Assembly: GCA_043754535.1 (NCBI GenBank)
Contig: JAYUUN010000020.1
Coordinates: forward strand, 1 to 56,886
Length of the DNA: 56,886 nucleotides
Source: Chloroflexota bacterium
GTDB taxonomy: Bacteria; Chloroflexota; Chloroflexia; QHBQ01
Direction of reading: 5' to 3'
The notes below the pieces were generated by a model that worked only from the letters and a program-made list of their open reading frames with translations, was not told the origin of the DNA and did not search any database. Positions 9,093-17,696 of this stretch are shown here, piece by piece (within the stretch, counting starts at the first letter, position 1; each line of letters opens with the position of its first letter). The position numbers and the translations under genes are program-made.

Positions 9093-10466
9093 ATGAACAA
9101 TGATGCAAACAACGAGCAGCAAACGTCAAGGGGCGGCAACAGCGGGCTATTTCTTACCATCTTTGCTCTGACCGTGGCCGTGCTGCTAGCGGCTAGCGGT
9201 CTTTTCTGGGTGTTCAGCAGCAGTGCGCCGCTTGCCGCTGCCCCAGTCAGCCGCCCGCAGGCTACCACAGGCAGCGCAACTGCGACCGTAGACGAGCAGC
9301 CCAGCCCAGCCGAGCAAGCCCAACCTACCGCCAGCCCACAAGCACCCAGCAAAGCAGGCGGGCAGGGTGCGGCCAACAGCAAGGCAGCCAGGCGAGCGAC
9401 CGCTCAGGCTGGTGGTACACCCCTAGCCCAGCCGCCCCGTGCTAGCCCGCCCGCCAAGGCCCAAGCGAAGGGTAATAGCGCGGGCCAGGCTAGTGGGCAG
9501 GTTGAGGTTAGTGGCGTGGTCGGCACGGTGGATGCTAGCGCAAACAGCTTGCTGATCTATACCAGCTACGGGCCGGTAACGACCACTCTCACGGCTGACG
9601 GCGCGGTGGTGCGCCTGCGTATGCCAGGTGACGCGGCTAACCAGCCGCTGGGCCAGCTTGCTGTGGCCGACGTGCAGATCGGTAGCTACGCCAGCTTCTA
9701 TGTTGAGCGCAGCAAGGTTACTGCGATCAGTGAGACGCTCGGCAAGAAGGGTGACGTTCCTGCTACCGCTGCGCCCGACAGCACCCCCGCTTCTACCAGC
9801 ACGCCATCCGCAGAACGGAATGCGAAGAAGCTAGCCCAACGCGCTCTGGGCATCGGTGACGGCTTCAGCACCGAAGTCGGTTTGGTCTACATCGGCCCAC
9901 CGCCCAGCAGCGTCGATCAGGCCGAGGCGACTGGACATGGCAGTAAGCTAGCGATCCCCGCCAGCTTCGTTGGCCTCAACACAGACGGTACCCTCACGGT
10001 GACGATCACCAAGTATGGCAACATCGCGGTAGCCGTCGGCCCTGGCACCAGCTTCGACCAAGCTGGCCTGCCGATCCAGTTGGCCGACCTCAAGCCGGGC
10101 AGCGACCTGATGCTCTACGGCGCGCTCACCTTGCGCGCCGACGCGAGCGACGTGAAGAACAAGGCCGCCCTCTACCACGCGCTTGTTTACCGCGCTGCTA
10201 GCATCCACGTCGTTACGGCCAACGAGAAGACGATCAGTGGGGTGATCGCCAAAGTCAGCGACGCGGGCTTCACCCTTGCTACCCGTGACGGCTTGCTGCG
10301 GGTAGCCACCGACAGCAGCACTGCCTACCGCTCATACTACGCTAGCCTTAGCCTCAGCCGCTTGAGTGACCTCAAGCCAGGTGACGAGGCTACCATCTAC
10401 GCCATTGCGGACAACGACGTAGAGGCGAAGGTCTACAGTGCGAAGGTGGTTGCGATCAAGCGGTAG
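9093..10466 (+). CDS. Membrane-anchored extracellular protein with DUF5666-like (OB-fold) repeats
   Basis: ATG 9093 after AGGAG; N-terminal TM, Ala/Pro/Gln linker, then repeats such as ISGVIAKVSDAGFTL...LSDLKPGDEATIYA and LADLKPGSDLMLYG. Confidence 0.7.
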   Translation: MNNDANNEQQTSRGGNSGLFLTIFALTVAVLLAASGLFWVFSSSAPLAAAPVSRPQATTGSATATVDEQPSPAEQAQPTASPQAPSKAGGQGAANSKAARRATAQAGGTPLAQPPRASPPAKAQAKGNSAGQASGQVEVSGVVGTVDASANSLLIYTSYGPVTTTLTADGAVVRLRMPGDAANQPLGQLAVADVQIGSYASFYVERSKVTAISETLGKKGDVPATAAPDSTPASTSTPSAERNAKKLAQRALGIGDGFSTEVGLVYIGPPPSSVDQAEATGHGSKLAIPASFVGLNTDGTLTVTITKYGNIAVAVGPGTSFDQAGLPIQLADLKPGSDLMLYGALTLRADASDVKNKAALYHALVYRAASIHVVTANEKTISGVIAKVSDAGFTLATRDGLLRVATDSSTAYRSYYASLSLSRLSDLKPGDEATIYAIADNDVEAKVYSAKVVAIKR

Positions 10467-10488
10467 TGCGGGGACAAGTAGAAGCGAC

Positions 10489-10519
10489 GAGGGCTGGCCT
10501 GTGGGCTGGCCCTCTTTTT
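10489..10519 (+). terminator. Intrinsic terminator
   Basis: GAGGGCTGGCCT-GT-GGGCTGGCCCTC hairpin (G-U pairs) followed by TTTTT. Confidence 0.75.
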
Positions 10520-10595
10520 GTTAACATCACCTTAACCCACAACTGGTGGTTGTTAAACTGTTGTTAAACCAACCTTAACTGCCAACGGCTATAAT
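10520..10595 (+). promoter_or_regulatory. Pho-box-like direct repeats plus -10 element
   Basis: TTAA(C/A) cores at 10521, 10532, 10553, 10564 and 10575; TATAAT at 10590; no canonical -35. Confidence 0.7.
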
Positions 10596-10637
10596 ACCCT
10601 GGGGCGCGCCTAGCAGTCGCCAAAAGGAGGTAAGCAG

Positions 10638-11831
10638 ATGAGCCGTTTGCAGAATCTACGGGTACTGGTAACAACCGAGTCGTTCGGCCAACTGAACGGG
10701 GTATCGAGGGCAACGCTAGCCTTCTGTTCCTACCTCAAGCGCAAGGGGACAAACTATCAGGTGCTGGCTCCCGAAGGGCGCAACCTGTTGGCTCAGGATC
10801 GCAGCTATCCGGTACGGCGGTTGCGGGGCATCCCCCTGCCGATGAGTCCCGACCTGCGGGTAGTGTCGCCGTTCATCCTCACCCGCCAGTTTCTGCACCC
10901 GCACTGGCGGCCCAGCGTGGTATATCTCGCCAGCCCCGCCAGTCTGGGGCTGCTGGTTTGGTTGCAGGCGCGTGGGTTGCACACGCCGATGGTCGTCAAC
11001 TACCAGACCGAGTTGAGCGAATTCGCCCAGGCAGTCTTGCCCCGCCCGCTCCGCCGCCTGGCTGCTGCGATCATTGACCGCGTGACCGCCACCATCTTCA
11101 ACGACCGCATGGTTAGGGCGGTGCTGGCAACCAAAGCCAGCTTCGCCTACCTCAAGCGGATCGGGGTGGACGAGCGTAAGCTGCGCGGCATCCAGCGTGG
11201 GGTAGACACGGTGCAGTTCAGCCCCGCCAACCGTAGCCTGGCTTTGCGCCAGCAGCTAGCCCCGAATGGTGAGCGGCTGCTGCTCTACGTCGGTCGGCTT
11301 GCCTTTGAGAAGAATCTGCCCCTGCTGGCCGAGGTGAACAGCCGCCTGCTGGCGAGTGCTGAGGAGGAGGGTTTGCCGCCCTTCCGCTTCCTGATCGTGG
11401 GCGGCAACGAGAATCGGGCAACCGAGCAGACGATCAAGCGCACCTTCGCTGGGCAGCCGAACGTGACCTTCACCGGCCCGCTGGTGGGTGACGAGTTGGC
11501 AGCACAATACGCCTCGGCTGACCTGTTTACCTTCCCCGCTCTGCACGAAACCTTCGGTCAGGTGGTGCAAGAGGCGATGGCGAGCGGCCTGCCAGTGGTG
11601 GCGATGGCTAGTGGCGGCCCGGCCAATATCGTGCGCCATGCGGAGACCGGCCTGCTCTGCCCCACCGACGACCCTGCCACCAACATGACAGCCAGCATCA
11701 GCCGTCTGCTGCGCGCCGATCCGGAGCGAGCGCGGATGGCCTTTGCCGCCCGTGACTTTGCGGAGCAACGTTCCTGGGACGACGTGAATCAACAAATCCT
11801 CGACGTGTTGGTAGCCTCTGCCGAGCAGTAA
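10638..11831 (+). CDS. GT4 glycosyltransferase (MgtA/SqdX/Agt-like; probable glycolipid synthase)
   Basis: TESF...NGVSR, RGVDTVQFSP, YVGRLAFEKN, YASADLFTFP and ETFGQVVQEAMASGLPVVA; RBS AAGGAGG. Confidence 0.88.
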   Translation: MSRLQNLRVLVTTESFGQLNGVSRATLAFCSYLKRKGTNYQVLAPEGRNLLAQDRSYPVRRLRGIPLPMSPDLRVVSPFILTRQFLHPHWRPSVVYLASPASLGLLVWLQARGLHTPMVVNYQTELSEFAQAVLPRPLRRLAAAIIDRVTATIFNDRMVRAVLATKASFAYLKRIGVDERKLRGIQRGVDTVQFSPANRSLALRQQLAPNGERLLLYVGRLAFEKNLPLLAEVNSRLLASAEEEGLPPFRFLIVGGNENRATEQTIKRTFAGQPNVTFTGPLVGDELAAQYASADLFTFPALHETFGQVVQEAMASGLPVVAMASGGPANIVRHAETGLLCPTDDPATNMTASISRLLRADPERARMAFAARDFAEQRSWDDVNQQILDVLVASAEQ

Positions 11832-11842
11832 ACCGCAGCAGG

Positions 11843-14800
11843 CTACTCCTGTTCCTCAATCACCTCAAGGCGGACACGCAGGCGAAGTTTGTCGTAGAGG
11901 CCCGCAAGGTCGATCCAGACCTGCTGGCGATTGGCCTTGCCTTCGCTCTGGCGCAGGAGGGCAGCAAGCTCAACCCCGCTGGGGCCGCCTGCCAGGGCGC
12001 GCAGGCCAGCAAGCAACGTGCGTTCACCTTCACTCAGGCTCAGTTGGCTGAAGCTGGCGCGTACCTCAGCGACCGCAACCCGCAGGCGTTCCAGCGTCTG
12101 GCTGGCGGCGCGCAGCGATGAGGCGGCCCCCCTCAATGCAGCCGGGCCAGCGGCGGCCAGTTGCTCGGCGGCCTGGTAGAGGGCCACTAGCTGCTGGTTG
12201 TGGGCGGCAAGCTGTTGACCAAGCGCAGCGCATTGCTCAAGCAGGCGGCTGCGATGGTTACGCTCCATGTCGGGGTCGGCTGCACTCTGCATCTGCTGCA
12301 CCTCACTGTCTAGCCGCTTGTTTGTGCTGCCCAGGGTGTTGAGCAAGCCTTGCCAGCAGGATACTACCAACTCGTGTAGGCTCCGTAGGCTACCTGCCGG
12401 GTCGAGGCGGTTGTAGGTGAGTGCGCGCGGCTGCTCGTTCTCGGCCAGCCCCGCCTGCTGCAATGCCAACCAGTAGGCCTGCTGCAAGGTGGCGAACTGA
12501 CCCTCTGCGGCTTGCCGTGCCTGGGCCAAACGCGAGCGCACCCCCTCCAATCCTACCCGCCACTCACTCACCTGGTCGAAGGCGCGCAAGCGGTCGACGC
12601 TCAACCCCTCGCGCAGCCCACGCAGCCAGGCCGCGTACTCGCCCTGGGCCACCACTCCTGCCTCGCCCTCCGCTACGATCTCGCTCTGCAAGGCAGTGGC
12701 CTCGGTGAGCAGGGTAGTAACACTGCGCCACTGGGCGATCAGGGCGCGGCTCTGCTCGTCGCCGCTTCGTTCACGTTCAAGTTGCTGGCGCAAGGCTGCC
12801 ACCTGCTCCTGTGCCTTGAGCAGCTCATCCTCGTCAGCTATTGCGCTGCTGGCTGCCTCCAACGTGCTGTAGTCACGGTGCAGTGCAGCTAGCCGCGTAC
12901 TGTTCAATTCCACCTTCATGGCGGCCTGTTCGCGTAGTGGCTCAAGCTGGGCCGCCAGTTCGCCAGTGTAGGCGCGCTCAAGCAGCTTGCGCTCGGCCTC
13001 GGCTACCCCCACTGGCGGGCGCAGGCTGCGGATCGCCTTCCGCATGGCTGCTTGCTGCTGGCTGCGCCAGCCCTCTAGAGCGGTAGCGTAGTCCTTGAGC
13101 GTGCGCTCGATCTGGTAGATTTGCTGATCCTCTACCTGCCGCTTGCGGGCCAGTTCTGCGACGAACTCGCGCACCTGGGCCTGCTGGTCGAGCAAGGTGC
13201 GGTCGCTGGCGAAGGCAGCCAGCAGCCCAGTTAGCCGCCGCTCATGTTGGTCGAGGAGGCGGCGTAGATCGCTGGCGGTGGTCGCCTTGCTCTCCTGCCG
13301 CACCAGCCCCTCGCCCTGCACCTCTGCCAGCCCGCGGGCGGCCAGCAGAGCTAGCAGCACCTCAATCTCCTCGTCGCGATAGCCCCGCTGCTGGGCATCG
13401 CGGCGCAGGTCGGCCAGCGGTAGCCGCCGCTTGCGACCCGCTTCGGCCCCCGTGCTGACGAAAAGGCCAACCACGATCTGCTCCCAGGGGTGGAGGGTGA
13501 AGCTGAGGCTACCCTGCTGCCTGCCGTGCCAATCCTCGTCCCGCCGCAGTAGGGTAGGGAAGTCGTTGATCAGGCTGTCAAGGCCAACATTAGAGCGATT
13601 GAACAGGCCAGCGATCTCCTCCTTCGTACCAGAGACCGACTGCTCACCGCGCCGCTGGTAGGGGTTGAGCTTCTCCAGGGCCAGGCGGTAGTCCCCCATC
13701 GCCCTGGCGTACTGGACATGGCCGATAAGCGTTTGGTAGTCGGGGTAGATGGTTCCGATTGCCTTCTGGTAAGCATCTTCGAGGATGCGCACCCCACCCG
13801 CTCGCCCAGCAGTCAGGTCGGCGTTGAACAACTCGCGCTCTACGCCATCAAACAGGTCGTTCTGGAAGGCACCCTGCACGTAGGGCTGATCCTGCTTCGG
13901 CACTTGATTGGCGGCCAGTTGCTCGTCAAGGAAGGCGTAGAGGTTGAGTAGCAGGAGGGGTGTCACCTTGTTGGGGCTGACGATCTTCTCCAAAGTTTGT
14001 TGCAAGGGCTGATAAATCTGGTTGCTACTCTGGCGAGCCAGGTTGAGGCTGAGACGCAGGTGGCGCGGGTCGCTGGTATCGATAGAGCCAGGCAGGCTGC
14101 GCCGCTCGGCTTCGCTGTGGTCGCGGTGACGGCGCAGGTCGAGGGTGATGATCAGGTCGGCTTCCTTCGTCAGGCTGGCGGCGGGTTGGCCGTCGCTGAT
14201 CAGCCGCAGGTAGACGCGCCGCTGGGGGTACCTGCTTTTGGTCTGCTTCGTCGCGCCCTCAAGCAGTAGATAAGCATCGCGGCTGCTGCTTGCCTCACCT
14301 GCCTCCACCAGCTTCCAGTCCTGCTCGCGGAAGATGCGCTCGCGCAGCAGGCGGCAACAGGCGTTAGCCGCCCGCTCCATTGCTTTCTCGCTAGCCTCCT
14401 GGTAGGTGAGGCGGATGAACTGGCTTGTGGCATTGGTCAGCCAGTCGCGGCTGCCGCCTTCCTCTGGGGCGAGATCGCGCAGGGTTGTACCAACCGCTAG
14501 CAGGTTGCCCCCCTGGTCGCGCCCACCAAAGGTGATCGTCAACTGCTGCTCGATCAGCACATCCACTGCCTCGCGCAGCCCCTCGGCTACGATCTCCGCG
14601 TCGGGCGCGCCGCTGCTAGGGAAGGCAGCCAGGTAGCGAACTGCTCGCTCCCGCTCGCCCTGACCTGCAACCAGGGGGTGGCGCAGCAGTTTGTTCACCT
14701 CCTCGCGTAGCTTGCTCACCCCATCGAAGGTGATCCCCCCGCTGAGGAAGTCGTCTACCAGGTTTAGCGGGCTATAGGGCTGCTGGTTGTCTGCCTGGTA

Positions 14801-15826
14801 GTGGCGGATCATCGCCTTGTAGCCATTGACGACAGTGCGTGGGCCGCTGCCGAGGTCGTGGCGGGCGGCAATCTCGCCGAGGGCGCGGAGGGCGCGCTCG
14901 CTGCTGATCGCCGCCGCCTCTGCTGCAAAGTCGAACTCTGCCGCCAACCGCTGCCAGAGTCGGGCGGCGAAGCTAGCATCATAGATGTCGTTGAGGTCGA
15001 AGCCGAGGCCGTGTTGCTGCATCCGGTCTACCAGGTCGCCCCGATTGTCGCGGATCAGGGCCAGGTCCTTGGTCGGGGTGACAAAGATGATCGTACTCTT
15101 GAGGTAGCCAGTGCGGGTGAGCAGGTTGTTGACCAACTCGAACAGGGGGCTGAGGGGGTCGCCCACGCTGCTGTTGATCGTTGGGTTAGTGTACTGCTGC
15201 AACTCGTCGGGTAGGAGGACGACCCCCTGGTAGCCAGCCCGTAGAGCGAGGTCAGCGTACTGCTCGAAGAAGCGGGTGAAGTCTGCCGAGTTGAGGGCTA
15301 CTGTGTAGCGACCCTCCCGTTCCAGGGCGGCCAGACGGCTGGCGTAGTTCTCGTCACCGCCCGCGTCGTCGCTGATACTGCGCTCGGTGTAGCTGCGATA
15401 GAGTTGCTCAAGCTCCCTGACCAGGGCGGGCCGCTGCTGCTCAAGGAGGTAGCGGCCCCAACCATAGGCAGCAGCAATCAGATCGGTTAGCCGCTCGATC
15501 TGGAAGGGGGGAACGGCTAGCAGGTTGGCCTGGCGACACCGATCCCAGAGGAAGGCGGCGGTGCTGGTCTTGCCATAGCCATACTCGGCGGAGAGGTAGC
15601 CAACCGGGGCGGCTCCTTGCTTGACTTTGGCGATCAGCATCTTTTCGTAGTCGGTCACGCTCTGCTGGCCATTGCCGCCAGCCACCCGACCGAGTGGCAG
15701 GTAGGAGCGCACGTGGCTGAGGTACTTGCGCTCTACGCTGGCGGGCGCGTCCAGCAGATCGCGCACCTTGAACGTCGCCAGCACTTCTTCCTTCGCCAAG
15801 ATCGCCTGCAAACCTTCTAGAGCCAT
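11843..15826 (-). CDS. Large P-loop NTPase with long C-terminal coiled coil; function unknown
   Basis: ATG 15826 after GGGGAGAG. Walker A AEYGYGKTS, Walker B VVLLPDELQQY; the last ~450 aa are heptad-rich in Q/E/L/A. Confidence 0.8.
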   Translation of the reverse strand: MALEGLQAILAKEEVLATFKVRDLLDAPASVERKYLSHVRSYLPLGRVAGGNGQQSVTDYEKMLIAKVKQGAAPVGYLSAEYGYGKTSTAAFLWDRCRQANLLAVPPFQIERLTDLIAAAYGWGRYLLEQQRPALVRELEQLYRSYTERSISDDAGGDENYASRLAALEREGRYTVALNSADFTRFFEQYADLALRAGYQGVVLLPDELQQYTNPTINSSVGDPLSPLFELVNNLLTRTGYLKSTIIFVTPTKDLALIRDNRGDLVDRMQQHGLGFDLNDIYDASFAARLWQRLAAEFDFAAEAAAISSERALRALGEIAARHDLGSGPRTVVNGYKAMIRHYQADNQQPYSPLNLVDDFLSGGITFDGVSKLREEVNKLLRHPLVAGQGERERAVRYLAAFPSSGAPDAEIVAEGLREAVDVLIEQQLTITFGGRDQGGNLLAVGTTLRDLAPEEGGSRDWLTNATSQFIRLTYQEASEKAMERAANACCRLLRERIFREQDWKLVEAGEASSSRDAYLLLEGATKQTKSRYPQRRVYLRLISDGQPAASLTKEADLIITLDLRRHRDHSEAERRSLPGSIDTSDPRHLRLSLNLARQSSNQIYQPLQQTLEKIVSPNKVTPLLLLNLYAFLDEQLAANQVPKQDQPYVQGAFQNDLFDGVERELFNADLTAGRAGGVRILEDAYQKAIGTIYPDYQTLIGHVQYARAMGDYRLALEKLNPYQRRGEQSVSGTKEEIAGLFNRSNVGLDSLINDFPTLLRRDEDWHGRQQGSLSFTLHPWEQIVVGLFVSTGAEAGRKRRLPLADLRRDAQQRGYRDEEIEVLLALLAARGLAEVQGEGLVRQESKATTASDLRRLLDQHERRLTGLLAAFASDRTLLDQQAQVREFVAELARKRQVEDQQIYQIERTLKDYATALEGWRSQQQAAMRKAIRSLRPPVGVAEAERKLLERAYTGELAAQLEPLREQAAMKVELNSTRLAALHRDYSTLEAASSAIADEDELLKAQEQVAALRQQLERERSGDEQSRALIAQWRSVTTLLTEATALQSEIVAEGEAGVVAQGEYAAWLRGLREGLSVDRLRAFDQVSEWRVGLEGVRSRLAQARQAAEGQFATLQQAYWLALQQAGLAENEQPRALTYNRLDPAGSLRSLHELVVSCWQGLLNTLGSTNKRLDSEVQQMQSAADPDMERNHRSRLLEQCAALGQQLAAHNQQLVALYQAAEQLAAAGPAALRGAASSLRAASQTLERLRVAVAEVRASFSQLSLSEGERTLLAGLRALAGGPSGVELAALLRQSEGKANRQQVWIDLAGLYDKLRLRVRLEVIEEQE

Positions 15827-16122
15827 CGCCACTCTCCCCCCAGCAATCGTTGTTACCCTCAACAAGAGCGTGCAGCAGCACAACGCGCACTCAAGCTGCT
15901 GGATTATAGCACAGGCAAGGCGGTGGGGCAAAGTCCGCCCCTATGGGCTTGCTTGCCAACGGCCCACCAATCTCCGCCAATTGCTAGCCAGGGTATTGCC
16001 TTTTGGCTTAATTCGCGCTATAATAGGCATAAGCGTGTTTTTATGCGATGTTGGTGAAACAAATCAGCAAGCTGGCACGTCTTATGAGCAGGACAGCGGT
16101 TAACAAGAGAGGAACTTCACTT

Positions 16123-16437
16123 ATGGATGACAAGAACAGACATCAGCCCGTGCAGGATCGCCAGGACGAGCAGGCGGGTGGTTTGGCCGGTTTGGGCGCA
16201 GGCGTGATCGTTGGCGCACAGATCGGTAGCGTCGTGCCAATCGTTGGCACCTTCATCGGTGCAGTCGCAGGCGGTGTCCTCGGCAGCGAGATGGGCAAGG
16301 GGCTGGGTAGGGGCATCCTCAGTGGCATCCGCGCCTTCGGAGACAGCATAGGTAGCGCAATGCAGCCACAGCAGCCGCCGCAGCCGCCGCACCAGTCACA
16401 GGAAGGCTCCAGCCTCGACCCGCGCAACAACCGCTAG
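16123..16437 (+). CDS. Small glycine-zipper membrane protein
   Basis: GLAGLGAGVIVGAQIG...GTFIGAVAGGVLGSEMG; ATG 16123 after GAGAGGA; TATAAT at 16019. Confidence 0.75.
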   Translation: MDDKNRHQPVQDRQDEQAGGLAGLGAGVIVGAQIGSVVPIVGTFIGAVAGGVLGSEMGKGLGRGILSGIRAFGDSIGSAMQPQQPPQPPHQSQEGSSLDPRNNR

Positions 16438-16470
16438 GGGAGTGAGTGGCAAGTGCAGGGATACATATCG

Positions 16471-16498
16471 GGGGGGGGCAGTTGGCTGCCCCTCTCTT
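16471..16498 (+). terminator. Probable intrinsic terminator
   Basis: GGGGGGGCAG-TTGG-CTGCCCCTC hairpin followed by TCTT. Confidence 0.5.
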
Positions 16499-16549
16499 GC
16501 CGCTACGAGTGGGTACTCTCTCCGTGTTCGCGCTGGGGGATGAGTAGCG

Positions 16550-17530
16550 ATGGCTGAGCCGACCCGATTGAGCCGCTTCCAGGGTTGTCTGTTGGGTGGG
16601 GCGGTTGGTGACGCACTGGCGAAGCCTGCCCAGTTCTGCGACCCCGACGACCTGGCTGCCCGCTATGGTCGCATCACTGAGTTTGGCCGCAGCGACGACT
16701 ATCTTTACTGGCTACTGCCAGAGCAGTGGTCAGATGACACCTTTTTGGTGCTGATCTTTGCTGAAAGCATCGTAGCCCAGGGGCGGCTTGACATGGCCGA
16801 TGTCAGCCAGCGGCTGGTTGCCTGGCGGCGCGGCGGTGATGTGCGCGGCATTGATATGGACGTGGACAACGCGATCCAGATGCTGGCGGGCGGCTGGGAC
16901 TGGCGGCAGACTGGGCGCGAGGGCGAGCGGGCCGGGCGCAACAACCCGACGGTGCGCGCTACCCCGCTTGGTCTGCTACACAGCAGTAGCCTGCTAACCG
17001 ATCCCGATGCTCTGCGCGAGGATGCCCATAGTAGTACGATTTTTAGCCACAACCACCCAGAGGCAGTAGCGGGGGCGACAGCAGTCGCTTACGCAGTGGC
17101 GCGGCTGGCAGCGGGCCTACCGCCTGCGGAGTTGACCCGGTTGCTGCCAGAGACTGCTGCCTTCATTGGGGTGGGCAAGGTGGCCGCTACGCTTGGCGTG
17201 GTGGCCGAACTGCTAGCTAGTAACACACCACCCTCTGCTGCTCTGGCCGAGATCGGCACTGGCGGCTACGCCTGGCAGGCGGTTGGTACAGCCTTCTACT
17301 GCTTCCTGCACGACCCCAGTGATTTTGAAGCGACCGTGGTCAATGCGGTGATGGGCGGCAACGATGCCGACACCAATGCCAGCATTGCTGCCTCTCTCAG
17401 TGGGGCGCATAACGGGCTGGCCGCGATCCCCTCCCGCTGGCAGCACGAGATAGATGAGGGCGAAAAGCTGCTGCGGGTGGCTGGCCTGCTAGCCGAAATG
17501 GCTGGCAGCCCGCCGCCAACTGCTCCATAA
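16550..17530 (+). CDS. ADP-ribosylglycohydrolase (DraG/ARH family)
   Basis: GCLLGGAVGDAL, WSDDT, SHNHP and GNDADTNASIAASLSGA motifs. Confidence 0.9.
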   Translation: MAEPTRLSRFQGCLLGGAVGDALAKPAQFCDPDDLAARYGRITEFGRSDDYLYWLLPEQWSDDTFLVLIFAESIVAQGRLDMADVSQRLVAWRRGGDVRGIDMDVDNAIQMLAGGWDWRQTGREGERAGRNNPTVRATPLGLLHSSSLLTDPDALREDAHSSTIFSHNHPEAVAGATAVAYAVARLAAGLPPAELTRLLPETAAFIGVGKVAATLGVVAELLASNTPPSAALAEIGTGGYAWQAVGTAFYCFLHDPSDFEATVVNAVMGGNDADTNASIAASLSGAHNGLAAIPSRWQHEIDEGEKLLRVAGLLAEMAGSPPPTAP

Positions 17531-17696
17531 CTACGGCAGGCTGATCCGCTTTCACCCTCTGCCCACTACGCCCAGCAATCTTGCAGCTACCCACGAGCAA
17601 GCCGCTTGCAATCCAGCGAAATCGTGGTATAATAGGCACATATTGATGTTATGTCTATCTGGAGATGTGCCGGGCGCACCTGACAGGAGGTGTCTG

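Noticed and set aside
11843..15826. SMC/Rad50 or Wadjet JetC assignment
   Set aside because: Walker A and B lie together at the N-terminus; no C-terminal ABC signature and no partner genes.
16362..16392. CAGCCGCCG short repeats
   Set aside because: Simply encode a Gln/Pro low-complexity tail.
16550..17530. DraG as evidence of nitrogenase regulation
   Set aside because: No draT or nif genes in the window, and the family is widespread.
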